Assembly (NCBI GenBank): GCA_964016885.1 | Contig: OZ024740.1 | Location: forward strand, 197,656,001-197,720,000 | Direction of reading: 5' to 3' | DNA length: 64,000 bases | Source of the DNA: Eledone cirrhosa | Lineage: Eukaryota | Shown: positions 27,261 through 41,500 of the stretch, piece by piece | Position numbering within the stretch: position 1 is the first letter of the stretch | How the letters are laid out: every line of letters begins with the position of its first letter | The notes under the pieces: generated by a model | What the model was told of the DNA's origin: nothing | The model's database searches: none | The model's input: the letters and a program-made list of their open reading frames with translations, nothing else | Program-made: the position numbers and the translations under genes

Positions 27261-30200
27261 ATAAATCTTTCGTTATTGTTTGCTACTTCACTAGTAATTC
27301 CTAGAAGAATGCTAGCTAACCCATAATATTTCACTTAGCGTATTTAATACAACTGTAGTTATTTCTCCGTGGGCCCCTTTCAAATATATATATTTTAACT
27401 AATCACATTTCCAAGCATCATTTGATGTTTTATAAACTGCCTACACAAGTTAGTTGCTAACGCGTCAGCATGCCTGGACGCAGACATTGATAAGTGGTTA
27501 AGAAGTTTGCTTCGGAATAATGAGGTCTCGGGTTTGATCCTACATTGTGGCATATTGTGTAAACTGAAACAGTTAGAAGCCCATCAGATTGACTATACAT
27601 GTAAGACAAACGGTTAGCTTTGTCACAAACTGTCATCATGCATCTTCCTGAGAATTACGTTAAAGATACACATGTTTAAGCAATGCTCAGTCACTTACAC
27701 ATTAATTTCATGAGTAACATATTTCATTAATCTAGAAGATTCATTTTATAGCATCCGCTAGAATGTTTTCTTTTTAAATAAACTGCTCTCACATATGCTT
27801 GAGATAGTTTATGCTTGAGTTGATTTTTATCACTTAGTCTTGTGCTCATGACTCTTTTGCGATCCTAAGACAGACAGGAGGGAGGTAATCTTTCAACCAG
27901 TGATCAAAACAAGGTGGTGGTATTAAGCCAAATGGCGAATTAATTCTAAGCCCCTAAATAGTCCACGGCAGGATTTGAACTCAGAATGCAAAAAGTCGGA
28001 ATATTTACTTCAAGGCATTTCGTCACTAGAAGGACTTTACCAATTTACCGCGTATATGTGAGTTCTTTTATTCCACGTTATAAAATAAAATTACAGACGA
28101 TAAATCAATTCACAGTTGTATAAATATCATTACAAATATTGATAGAAATATGAAAGAAAAAGAAAAGAAAAAAAAGGGATAAAAACAAAACCAAGCAACG
28201 AATAAAGGGGGAAGGGGTAAATAAAGACAGATCTGACGATAGGAAAGTACGAGAAAGGGGTATAAAAGCCATAAATGAGAAGAAAAGGAAGTAAAAAAAA
28301 TAAAGTTTCACTGTCAACCTGAAGCTATTTGTTAAGAAGTTCACATGGCAATCACAAGAATTCGATCCCACAGCGTGAAATCTTGGGCAAGTGTCTTTAG
28401 CATAGCTAGTAAGCATCGTAAATGATATTAAATAGATGGAAACAAAGTGTAAGTTCCTTAGATGGATTGAATCTGTAATGCAAAGGTCCAGCTTTGACTC
28501 AATATGTGAATCGCTGAATCGGTTAGGAATTACATTAAATGCAAGCGTGTATATGAGATACTCAACCACATACGCGCAAATTCACAAACTGGACGTTCAA
28601 TTGACGGAAAAAAAAAATGAATACTCATTATCGAATCCAATGGAGGAGCTATCTTCATAATTGTAGAAAATACTCAATTTACGCCATGTTGGATCGAACT
28701 GGGAACCTCATAATTAGGAAGAGAAGTTATTATCCCTTTACCCATGCCTGCATCCTTTTCCATATACTGTTATTTGCACTCTGCTCTTGGGAGAGAAAAG
28801 AATATTTCCTCTTGTTGTAGTAGCCTCTTCTTAGATTTTCTACTGACATCAGCATATGTAAAACTTTTGCTTTGTCAGTGAATGTGATTTATATGTGAAA
28901 TATCTTCTTTAGGAATGAAAATATTCTATGAACCATGTTTCTATTTAGGTTGTTAGATATATGACAATGCAGAGACACAATAAAATGATACTAACATACA
29001 ATGGAGCTAAATCATTCATTTTTGAAATGTTGGAAAAGACACTGTTTATCATATCAAATCTGATGTCAAACTTACACCAAAGGTACTTATCTTATTGACC
29101 GTTGAATGATGAAATACAAAATTCACAATGACAAGGGAAAGAATTATATAATGTTACGCATTGTATGGGAATCTAGTAAATTGATTTTAAACATATACTA
29201 TAATATATTACAGCTATATAGTATAATATGTATGTCGATGCATTAGAAGAAGAGGGAGAGTGACAAACAATATGCCTTGAGGTGTTTAATGATATCTCTT
29301 TACGAGATGCGTTCAAATCCAACAAAGTTCTAGTTTGTGTTTCATTTTCGGAGTCGATAAAATAAATTACTAATCAATTAGAGGGATCGATATACTCGTC
29401 TATATTTCCCCCAAAAGTTGTGGCTTTGTTCGAAATCAATATATTTATTGTATTGTTACTCCATAATATTAGTAACGTTGATTTCATAGGTTGATGAATT
29501 GTAGAATATTTCCTGGAAAGGGTTGAAGGCAATATAGTCGAGTGTATTAATTACATAACCAATACTTACTTCATAGACCCTTAGAAGATAAACATGGAAA
29601 TTAACCTAGGTAGGGTTTGAACTCAGAACATCGTAAAATGAACGAAAAAATACTGCAAGGCACTTAGATGCGCGTTTTAATAGCTGCTTTAACTTTCTCT
29701 CCTCACCGCTTTGATGCGGATGAAAAAAAAAGTGATTGATGAATGCTTAACAATAGAAATGGAAGACAACAGTAACATCAGTAGTGCTTTTTCAGAAAAG
29801 AAAAATTGATGCAATGTAAAACGAACAAGTAGTTTCCTTTGTCTTCGATTGTATTATGATGCTACACGTATTATTCCTGCCAACGTTTGATTTCAGCCAG
29901 ATTTAATTAAATCAACAAATGAATCATAAAACAAAAACCAACAGCAACATTAAAATGTAAAGATGAAACTAGAAAGAATAAATATCAATTTCTATTTTTC
30001 CCAAAGGACAGCAGCAGATAGAAAGATTGTCCAACAATGCAAGAAGACATATGATAGTTTATGATTTAGGTATATCGTTTCGTATTTTAATGTCTTTACA
30101 TTGTATTTTCTTTAATATCAATTTATTTAACAGAAGGAAGTAAAAAAGTGAAGAATATTAAGACAAGTATGGAAAATATTATAATTTGAGAAGATCTAGA

Positions 30201-31183
30201 AGCTGCGATTGTATTTTATTGATGAAAAAAGCTGAACTAAAATATTAAAGATGCAACACGCACATTGGACACACACACATATACATACATGTTAATTTAT
30301 TTGAGTTAAGCAGGTATTGAAAACCCCGAGCTATGGTATCGTTTGGTCAGTCGTACAGGTTAGAATTTTCGAGAATAATAGAATTTATTAAGATAGCATA
30401 GCACCTTTTCTTCAGTAATATATCAGATTTTCCTTTTGAAATTTCCAAGGATGAATCTGGGTATATGTTTGCAAATCGAAATTAATTCGCTTTAGTTATC
30501 TAAAATTGAAGCTGTATGGCAGATGATGTTGAGTTCCTCAGAGACAGATGCCTCAGGATTTTGAGCTGCTCTGAAATGCGTGTATCTTATTTAACACAAT
30601 CCATAAAATGTTCGCAGTCGCCCCCTTTGTTACTTGATTTTAAAATGTAGTTTGAATCTGCCGTAGTGTTTTCCAGATAGGATACTCTGGAAGCCGTTTG
30701 TAGCTTGTTCATGTGTTTCTGGGGAACAGATTAAACAAGCATACAAGTCGTTCGTCTAGACATTTGCAGTTTAAGATAAAAAGTTCTATGCTCAGACCCA
30801 CATTTAATTGCGTATTTCTACATTAGCTCTTGATAAAACTAGACATGTTTCTGATTTAGCGATATCTCACCATAACACTGTGTTGAATAACACCGGGAAT
30901 ATTTTCCAAATAGGGAGAGGAAATGTTTTGCAGCACTGGGTTTTTGCATCATCGATGTTTGATTAGCTATATCATGTAATATATCTTTTCCTGACGTGTT
31001 TTGAACGGTCGTTTGATGGTCTTATCGAATATTTTATTTTTTCTTGGAGCTGACTATATGACAGGGCCTTTCTGTAAAACATTTCAGCCGGGAAATAGAG
31101 CTGCATAAAAAACACGTTTTAATCAAATGTAGGACAGACATAGCAGACAAGCAATTGCTGGAACATCAAGCGTTGCACTATCT

Positions 31184-31640
31184 TGTTGTTGCTGCTGTTG
31201 TTGTTGTTATTGTTATTGTTGTTGTTGTTGTTGTTGCTGTTGCTCTTCTTCTTCTTGCTTTTGCTCGACGAGGCCGAGGTCATCCTATGCCAGCGGTCCC
31301 AAAGCATCGTCGTACGTAGAGCCGACCAGGTCCACCAGCGCCCTCCATCGCTGGCGGTTTCGTACCAGCTCCTCTTCATCCTCCAAGGTGATGTCGAGCC
31401 GCCGGAGATCTCTCTCGCGAGGCTTCTTCCAGCCTGCAGTCGCTGCATCGAACGAGAGTAAGATCCTGGTAGGATGAGCTGGTGGAAAGCGGAGGACATG
31501 TCCGTACCAGTGCATGCAGTGGATAGTTATGAGGCCGGAAGCTGTGGGCTGATGCGTGTGCACACGCAACACTTTATTGGCAACGTGGTGGTCCCATCTG
31601 ATGTTTTTGATGGTCCTCTGCGCTATAAAGCTCAATACTT
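31184..31640 (-). mobile_element. RTE-clade LINE 3' fragment with short-repeat tail
   Basis: NIRWDHHVAN..WYGHVLRFPPAHPTRILL..GWKKPR..RNRQRWRALV, then an (AAG)/(AAC) tail. Confidence 0.75.
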
Positions 31641-31834
31641 ACAAAGCAGTATTGTATATCGGCTGATATTTCCACTACAAACACACCAACAAGCTACACT
31701 GGTCTTACAGAACACGCATTCAAGTGGTACCTATACAGACAGAACAATTCGTTCAATCTTTACCTCCTGAATAATAACTGTACATTTCAAAGTTCATTTA
31801 ATTATATACAGACATAAAAAAAGGGAGAGATAGA

Positions 31835-32050
<216 letters not shown>

Positions 32051-32353
32051 AATAAAATCAGAAGAGTTAGATAAAACAGCGATTTAATATCGGATAAAAA
32101 GTCCACATTATCAGCCACTCTAACACAGTAAAAAGAACGAATTAATCTCTGATCAGCAACACATGGCCAAATAATTATTTATGAGTTTCAGAATGGATCC
32201 CCTTGATGCATTACAGACAATCTATATCGTATACAACACCAGCAGTGACTATATTACTTTCAAATCCTGAATGAAGGAACGAGAGGCCGAAACTGCAACT
32301 GAAATATTTTAGTATCTGTTTACACACACACACACACATATATATATACATAT

Positions 32354-32425
<72 letters not shown>

Positions 32426-34457
32426 CTTTAGGTTTGTTGGTTCACCACTGGATAGAACTGGTCATTCCGTATGGTCAATCCTGGTGTATTATTGTGAAGA
32501 GTACTCAACGCAGTGCAGTTCACCCATCTTCGTTTGTGTAGTTGGTGGTGCGAATACGGAGTTAATTATAAATGAAATAAAATAACAGGAGGCTGGACTG
32601 GTGTAAATCCTTGAAAGGTTTATTATACTATGATCATTTCAATGACCGGGTTCCATATGAATCCTGTGATATCATCAGGTATTGGAATATAACAAAGGAA
32701 TATGTAAAAAACCATGGGTCCGAAAAATCAGAGACAGAGACAGAGAGGACGACTGACCAACTAGCTTCTCGGCCAGTCGCCCTCAAAGTGTTGGCAACTG
32801 AATCTACTAATGAATATCTGGTGAGGGGCCGAAGGCTTATAATGCACTACCACCACTCCGTCAAAGAAGAAGGGGAAGAAAGATAGAAAGGGAGAAAGAA
32901 GTGTAGTGTAAGGGTCATATTACATTCATGCTAGAAAATACCGCGAAAAAATGCTACTCCAAAGAATCTATAATGGGTGTCTGTATGGTCTAATATGTGA
33001 ACCGAAGATTGGAACGTTAAACTTATGTTGCGAGTTATAGGATGAAATTAAATTAAATTAAAAATATTAAATTACAAAATGATAAATTGAAAAATAAGTT
33101 ATTAGAGAATTAAAGATTAAGGTAGCGAGATTTATTTAATGAACTTACGGAGAGAGTCTTATATGAAAAAATTTATCTCGATAAGATATTAAGATGGGAT
33201 ATAGAGTAACGATTTCGATTGGGAGTCCCAGTCAGCACCCCGCCCCTCCACCATCAGTCAGCCAGTCTCGAGTGGTATCGTCCAGCCAAAGAAATGGAAA
33301 TTAATTTTTCCGAGTACTCTAGGAACGTAGCTACCTTAGGCCCCAGGAGCGCTAGCGGGAACTCCACAATTTCGACAGGCCATCGTCTATACCAAACGAA
33401 TACTATTAAATCCCACATGAGGGGTTTATTTACGTGCCAGTAGAGGCATAATACAGCTAATAGTTATGCCTAAACCTAGAGTTTGTAGGTACAAGTATAA
33501 TGTGGCGGCCAAAACAGGTGTCGCGGTGGGACTGGGGCAAAGCAAGACTGATTTACACCAATCCAGCCTCCTGTTATTTTATTTCATTTATATATATATA
33601 TATATATATCGTACTTTGGACAGAAAAACAAGCTGGAGTAAACAAAATAGAATAAGATCAGAATGAAGAGGAAAACAGAAGAAAAAAACAAATAGTAATT
33701 GAGGAGGCTACTGAATGTGTGACGAAAGAGCGTCGACAAAATAACCAATAACCAATAACTAATAATAATAAAGTTGAAATAAAAGTAAAATAGTGCGTGC
33801 ATTTTTATTGGCAAAATGACCATCCTCAATATATATGCCTATGATATATTTTTCTTTTGTAAACAGTCGTATACGTTACGTAGGTGTGGTTTTCATCATA
33901 TGACATAAACAAGACACACGTACTTAACCGGCAACACATCGACGGAAAGGTCATGTGTATTCATTCAATGGCCAATGCCTGTACAAAGGTCTCAAAAGTA
34001 AAATTCGATAAACACTTTTTATATATTTTTTTCAAAATGCTAAAAAATAATTCAGTATCGAGATATGATTTTCAAACTGACATTTGAAAACAAAAACTTC
34101 ACTCTATGGAATTTGATATCCGTATTCTTTCACTTGTGTAACCACTCATCTTCATTGTATTATCAGCTAATATTATTGCCGTCAATATTGTATAACTGTC
34201 GTAGTTTTTTATTTTATTTATTGAAGTTTTATATGTTGGATGCGTATTGTGCCTGGTCGGTATTTTAACCATACTCGTTTGGTATTTTAGATATCCAATA
34301 TTTAGAACAACAAAAGAAAACTATAACGAAGTTCTTTGAGTAGTTTAGCTGGTGTAGTAGGAGTTAATTTACGTGCATCTATTTTGGTGTTATTGTGGTG
34401 GATGTTGTTATTGTAGTTGTTACGAGTGTTTGTGCTGGAGATTATGATGTAGTTGTT

Positions 34458-34497
<40 letters not shown>

Positions 34498-36087
34498 CAA
34501 TAGCAGCAACAACAGCAGCAAAAGATGCAGTAGTAGCAACAACAGCAGTAGTAGCAGTCGTTGTTATTATTGCTGTTCTTGGCATTTTTGTAATGTTAAA
34601 TTTGTTATTGTTGCGGACAACAAGCTTTGCGACATAGAGTTACGGCCCTTATGTTTTGAGCTCAAATTCCTCCGAGGTCAGCTTTGTTTTTCATCCTTAA
34701 GGGGTCAACAGAATAAAGTACCAGTAAGGCATTGGAGTTGATTTATTTGACTTTCCCCTCTCCCAAAATTGTTGGCCTTAACGCTAAACCAGATATCCTT
34801 ATTATTGTTGCCATGGATGTTGATGTAGTAGTAGTAGTAGTAGTAGTAGTAATTGTTATTGTTGTTGCTGTTTTGGAAGTTGTTGTATTGGTTATGTTAA
34901 ATCTATTGTCGTTGGTGTGGTTGGTGTCGTATATATTATTGTTATTGTATTTATTTAAGTTAACATTTTTAGATGTACAAATGTTGTTTTTGTTGACGTT
35001 GTTGCATTGTTCGTATTAAAGTTATTTCAGTTGGTGAAGTTGATGTAGTTGTTATGGTTGACGGTGTTGTAGTTGGGGTTGATATCATCGCCATTGTTGT
35101 TGTTGGTGATGGTGCTGTAGATGTGTTAGTTGTTGGCTCTGTGGATACTTTTCTCTGTTTTTGTTGACGTTGTTGTTGTAGTTGTTGTAGTTGTTATAGT
35201 TGTCGTTGGTGCTGTAGATGCTGTAGTATATGTTTGTCTTAATTGAGGGGGACGTATGAAGATTGTATAATCAGAATCTTGGATGTTTCAAGACACAAAT
35301 ATATAGCTAATCTTCGGATTTCTACAGGAACAGAGATCTGAAGACGTCATCGGTACAGTGGTGCAGACGAAATCAGAATAGTCAGTTAGGGGCTGCTGGA
35401 ACATCTGACTGATAAAATGACAAGTCAGTCAATCATATTGGTGCCCCCCCCCCCCCCCCCCCCCCACAGCCCCGGCAGACAGGGCTGGGGTTTATGCCAA
35501 AGCTATTGTTATTTTTAAAGGCGTTCGTTATTCAATGTTTCTCGTAATTTTTTAGACGTTCGAATCTATCGATTGATTACTTTATTTGGATTGGATGTTT
35601 TTTGTTGTTGTTTTATTAATGTTGGCCTTGTTGTTGTGCATATTCTTCTTGTTGTACGTATTGTTATTGACAAATACTTTCTCATTTGACGAAAATTCCC
35701 CCGTATTAATCAACAGCAAGACCTGTACGTGAAATTTACGAGCAAGTGGCTGAGTATTCCACAGACGTAATTAATTCTCAGGGAGATTCAGCGTAACACA
35801 GTGTGTAACAAGGGACTTTCAATTTATGATACAGTCAATATTGTATTAGAGTGCAATTGGCTGAATATTACACTTAACGTAATTCTCAGGGAGATTCGGT
35901 AACAGTGTTTGACAAAGTTGGACCTTTGAATTACAGGTACAGTTCATTAGACAGGCTTCTAAACAGTTCTGTCTACCCAGTTCCATTAAAAAGACTTAGG
36001 TCAACTCTGAGATTATGTTAAATGATATTTAGAGAGATAACTTCCTGAACATTCAGTCCTGTAGAGTCTACTATATTTGTTCCTACA

Positions 36088-36265
36088 TTTGGCACAATGC
36101 CAGCAATTACCCCCAGTGTATTACTGATGCTTTATTTTATCAACCCCGTAAGGATGAAAGGCAAAGTTAACCTCAGTGGGATTTGAACTCAGAACGTAAA
36201 GGGTCATAACTCTAAGCTGCAAAGGATGGTGTCTGACGCTCTACCGATACTGCCAATCCACTGCT
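36088..36265 (-). mobile_element. tRNA-derived Nin-like SINE
   Basis: AAGGATGAAAGGCAAAGTTAACCTCAGTGGGATTTGAACTCAGAAC; closely matches 1057-1215. Confidence 0.7.
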
Positions 36266-36475
36266 CTGTAGAGTCCACTATATTGAAATATATACATGGA
36301 GATATCTAATTCTGTAGTAATCTTTGATAAAAAAATCTCGAAGTATCTTGGGGTAATAATATTGACATTTCTTTCTTTCTTTCTTTCTCTCATTGTCTCT
36401 CATCTTATCTTATCCCATTCCTTTTCACACTGTTTTTTCATTTGTCTACACACACATCACCATCATCACCACCAT

Positions 36476-36670
36476 TAAAATATGTCTGCTTTTTGGGTAG
36501 TCACCACAATACAGGTAACTATTAATAGTAGTTGAATAAGTCGGGTAAATTACCCCTGGTGTCAAACAAAATGCAGACAGAATGCCCGCGCTTCTTTACC
36601 CGACATATTCAACTATTATTTATAGTTATCCGCATCGTAGTAGCTTTTCTAAAAGCAAACATATCTTTAA
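36476..36670. repeat. imperfect foldback (MITE-like) inverted repeat
   Basis: AATAGTAGTTGAATAAGTCGGGTAAA..TTTACCCGACATATTCAACTATTATT, extending outward imperfectly. Confidence 0.7.
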
Positions 36671-37034
36671 AATTTCTGTTAATACATAGCATAAATATTC
36701 TGTGATTGTGATCATGTAACATCAACTAGAATTTATTCTCTTCAATTTCAGAGCAATCATAGAATTGGATTTGATGAATGTGCTTAACGCGTTTCACATA
36801 GTAGTTATATATATGTATCAAAGGGAGACAAGAAAAATATTGCAGTTTTCATAGTTGGTCAAACTTTGGCGATGATTTCTAGATGATTTCGTGTGATATA
36901 TTAGATCAAGCATGGATGCAAAGACACATCTATACAAATACATGTACACCCCCCCCCCCACACACAGGCATGTTAAAAATATCACAATGTGTATACATAC
37001 ATACGCATATACACATACATACATGCATTCATGA

Positions 37035-37067
<33 letters not shown>

Positions 37068-37071
<4 letters not shown>

Positions 37072-37184
37072 TTGAAAAAAATGAAAACGAAATTTCATTT
37101 CTCACTCTTAGTATGGCATTTACTTAAATGTAAGTATGTATGTATACGTACATACACATATGTATACAGACGTACAGTAGCATG

Positions 37185-37240
<56 letters not shown>

Positions 37241-37673
37241 CAGGTACACATACATATATGCACGCATCAGTTTAGCGGACGCTTATTATAACGCCGCTTT
37301 GTTCGTTTGTAAACAAACTGAACAGCCTGAATTTATGCCATACGGTGTTAAGGCAAGCACGTCACCTTTTTGTTCAACACTGACATAGGAACGATGTACT
37401 AGTTTCAAGCTTGTTAGCTATCATCAGCACCGTATACCCATCTGCCAGATAGTTGAACGTTCGAAAGTATATACTTTCCTTATGAAAATTAACGGCTGAG
37501 CAGCCTAATTTGCATATTGAGTGAGTTAAATCGGTCAGGCATACCGAAAACGATAAGTTGAAAAAAATGAAAACGAAATTTCATTTCTCACTCTTAGTAT
37601 GGCACTTACTTAAATGTAAGTATGTATGTATACGTACATACACATATGTATACAGACGTACAGTAGCATGCAC
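37068..37673 (+). repeat. ~120 bp direct repeats (37068-37187, 37554-37673); inverted copy at ~6940-7050
   Basis: TAAGTTGAAAAAAATGAAAACGAAATTTCATTTCTCACTCTTAGTATGGCA..GTACAGTAGCATGCAC present three times. Confidence 0.85.
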
Positions 37674-37764
<91 letters not shown>

Positions 37765-37918
37765 AACACACAGATACATGCGGACACATACACACACATG
37801 AATATATCCCCATATATCCCTGAGTTAGTGGTACCAACCTCAACCGATGTTGCTCTATGAATAACTGGGACAAACGAATCCGAATGGATTAGACTGATTC
37901 AGTATCAGAGCTATAAAG

Positions 37919-38734
37919 TACATTATGAAGAGAGAAGAAACATTAGATATAATTAATAATAAGATATATCATACCTAAGCTGCTTCTATAGTCCCCGACT
38001 ACGTAGTTTCGTGGCATATTATGCAAAAACACTACATCATAGAGATATAGAGTTTTTGTGAGGTTCTGCCGACTTATCAAGAGGATACCTCATTAAGGGT
38101 TTCAAAACACGTCTGTGATGCGCGAGATAGAATCTCGAAAAGGCGGAGGAGGAGTCAATCACGTGATACAGCGGTCAAGAAACAGAGCTAAGCCCCTTAT
38201 AACCCTGAAAAAATACCACGGAGGCGGAGGGGGTATTTATATCAAAGCCGTAGAAGAGGTGGTTTGAGGAGGCGAGAAGTATGAGTAATGGAAGCTATCC
38301 AGCAGTCACTACACTTCAAAGGTTACTCGACCAAAGGGAGTTATAAACAATATATAGAGAGAAACACACAGATACATGCGGACACATACATACACACTCT
38401 TCTACGGCTTTGATATAAATACCCCCCTCCGCCTCCGTGGTATTTTTCAGGGTTATAAGGGGCTTAGCTCTGTTTCTTGACCGCTGTATCACGTGATTGA
38501 CTCCCCATCCGCCTTTTCGAGATTCTATCTCGCGCATCACAGACGTGTTTTGAAACCCTTAATGAGGTATCCTCTTGATAAGTCGGCAGAACCTCACAAA
38601 AACTCTATATCTCTATGATGTAGTGTTTTTGCATAATATGCCACGAAGCTACGTAGTCGGGGACTATAGAAGCAGCTTAGGTATGATATATCTTATTATT
38701 AATTATATCTAATGTTTCTTCTCTCTTCATAATG

Positions 38735-38736
<2 letters not shown>
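37919..38736. repeat. ~340 bp near-perfect inverted repeat with ~140 bp spacer (probable head-to-head PLE pLTRs)
   Basis: 37919-38258 is the reverse complement of 38397-38736; each arm carries a hammerhead-like motif. Confidence 0.9.
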
Positions 38737-38790
<54 letters not shown>

Positions 38791-38835
38791 AAGTTAAATA
38801 AAAAGTCAAATGTTTAAAATTTAGCTTCGTTTATT

Positions 38836-38894
38836 ACTGCTATATATATTTCAGTCAGTGACAGCCATCTTTGGCTGTGACCTCTTCAGGCAGT
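38836..38894 (-). ncRNA. type I hammerhead ribozyme (family D)
   Basis: Minus strand: ACTGC CTGAAGA GGTCA CAGCC AAAGAT GGCTG TCAC TGACT GAAA TATAT ATA GCAGT AATAAA. Confidence 0.78.
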
Positions 38895-39042
38895 CCGAAT
38901 TAGTGTGGTATAGACAAGTACATATGCTGTTGAGGTGTATAATATTGTCAATACTCTGATATGCCCAGTTCCTGGTTGGGTTGTTATTTCACTGAGGAAC
39001 TGGAATCATATATATATATAATCATATATATATATATATATA

Positions 39043-39126
<84 letters not shown>

Positions 39127-39545
39127 GGTGTAAAAGGTAAAAAGAAATAACAACACAATCGGTACAGTATATGGAAGGGATATTGTATAGATATATGCTC
39201 GATCGAAGTTACTACGACAACATACGGTAACATACAATACAGAGAGTGCTTTCGACTAAGGTGACAGGAAAAGAATGTAGAAAGTGTAAAATATCAAGAT
39301 AAAACGAGGGTGCAAAAATTTAGCCAGGAGCAAATGAAGAGAAAACAAATAGATATTTTCGAACGTTAGTCCTTGAGAAGACAATGAAACAAAAGTGTAG
39401 TAGGGAGCGCACTGTTTAGCTGTTTTCTGAGAACGAGTGAGTGGAGGTGACATAGGGGTTAACAAGAAAGGGTGGGAGAGGAATGGATTGAAAGAAAGAA
39501 AGTGAGAGAGAGAATGAGAGAGAGAGAATGAGAGAGAGAGATAGA

Positions 39546-39585
<40 letters not shown>

Positions 39586-39694
39586 TAAAGAGGGTGAAGG
39601 AAAGGAAAGAAATCTTAGAAGAAAAGAAAGAGGTCGTAGGTGATGTTAGAGGCATATTTGTCTAAATAAATCAAGGCAGGCTTGCGTTGTCAAA

Positions 39695-39756
<62 letters not shown>

Positions 39757-39842
39757 AATCAGGATGGATTCAGTTTGAAACTGGTTAGACCATTACTCAA
39801 CAGGGTACTTGTTACTTGGGGATAGTAGAGTATGGTTATATC

Positions 39843-39945
39843 ATAAAGAGTCAGGACCCGCTGGCTGTGAACTCTTGCCGTTTCAACAGCTAGTTGCAGC
39901 TGTTGAAACGGCAAGAGTTCAGCCAGCAGGTCCCGACTCTTTATA
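39843..39945. repeat. GC-rich foldback hairpin
   Basis: TGAACTCTTGCCGTTTCAACAGCT AGTTGC AGCTGTTGAAACGGCAAGAGTTCA, with outer arms TAAAAGAGTC/GACTCTTTA. Confidence 0.85.
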
Positions 39946-40283
39946 ATGTGTCTATATAGTGAAGGTGATTCAGTGAATTACTGGTGGTAGTACCAAAACA
40001 AGCACTCTGTGCACCGTGTGTTGGTGAGAAAAAGAACTCGATACCGAAGTAGAATTTAAATATTCATTTATTATGGCTAAACAGTGAGCCCTGTTACCCT
40101 GCGCACACGCACGAGCATCAGGCAAGTCACCCAACTTTACTCTTTCCAGTTGAAGAACTAACTTCCGATACATTGAAACATTCCTTTTCCTTTTCCAACA
40201 AACGTGAAACCAATAAAAGTTTGCGTAATTGTACCTGTTTTTGTATTTAATCTTGAAGAGTATATATAGATATCGCCCGTAAA

Positions 40284-40332
<49 letters not shown>

Positions 40333-40517
40333 CTTACCAAGACAGTAAATTTAAGTTCATTCATCAATATGTATGTAAAAAAGTCATAAAAACTTCATAT
40401 TCAGTAATATGCTAAGCTACGTGACCACTGTAATTCTCTCTGTTGCTCTGTTGCTACGTGTGAGTGTGCGTATATTATGGTAACGTATGTCTCCATATAT
40501 TAAATGCATGTATGCTT

Positions 40518-40568
<51 letters not shown>

Positions 40569-41167
40569 CGTGCGCGCGTGATCTTTCTCTTGCAGATCAT
40601 TTCTACCGGTCTGCGGAAGGAAGATCGATTTGAATACAGAACCCCCAGAACGGACTGCAATGCATCTTATCCGAGGCTTTTAACAATTACGTTATCTCAC
40701 CGCCCGATATTTCTATGAATTCTTACTGAAGCAAATCGTATGATAAGCAAACTGCCCCAGTATGAGTAAAAACAAAATGAAAGCCAGGACCAAATATATC
40801 GTAAGAGATATCTGTAAAACGATAAACTAAACAATCGCTAACCTAACAACATTTACTGCTTCGTCAGTCCTATCCTCTTCCACAAATAACAAAAACCAAA
40901 ACAAAACAGAAAAACAAAACCAAACCAAAACCAAAACTAAAACATCTAAAGTTATAAGTGTATCAATCTAATATTCCGATCATTTCTATGAATATATCAA
41001 AAGGATATGATCGAAGTTCAACTCTTTGAAATCACGGATGAGATTTTCCGGTTTTTCGTTTTGTTGAGTCAATCAAATTACACTATTACCAACCCTGAGT
41101 TCATCATATGATATTTCAGGGTTCAAAGACAGAAAAACCCAATTCAAGGTTATTTAATAAAAAAAAA

Positions 41168-41246
41168 TGTCCTCTTCCTCCTCCTCACCCTCCTCCTCCT
41201 CCTCGTCGTCGTCGTCGTCGTCGTCGTCATCGCCATCATCATCATC

Positions 41247-41323
<77 letters not shown>

Positions 41324-41331
41324 TTAACGTC

Positions 41332-41367
<36 letters not shown>

Positions 41368-41395
41368 CCCAATCCCCCCCTCTCTCTCTCTCTCC

Positions 41396-41436
<41 letters not shown>

Positions 41437-41500
41437 AAGACAGAAAGAAAGAGAGAGAGAGAGAGAGAGAAAGTGAGAGAGAGAGAGAGAGAGAGATAGG
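41168..41500. repeat. (TCC)/(TCG)/(CAT)n, (TATC)n, (TA)n, (GA)n compound microsatellite
   Basis: Direct reading. Confidence 0.95.
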
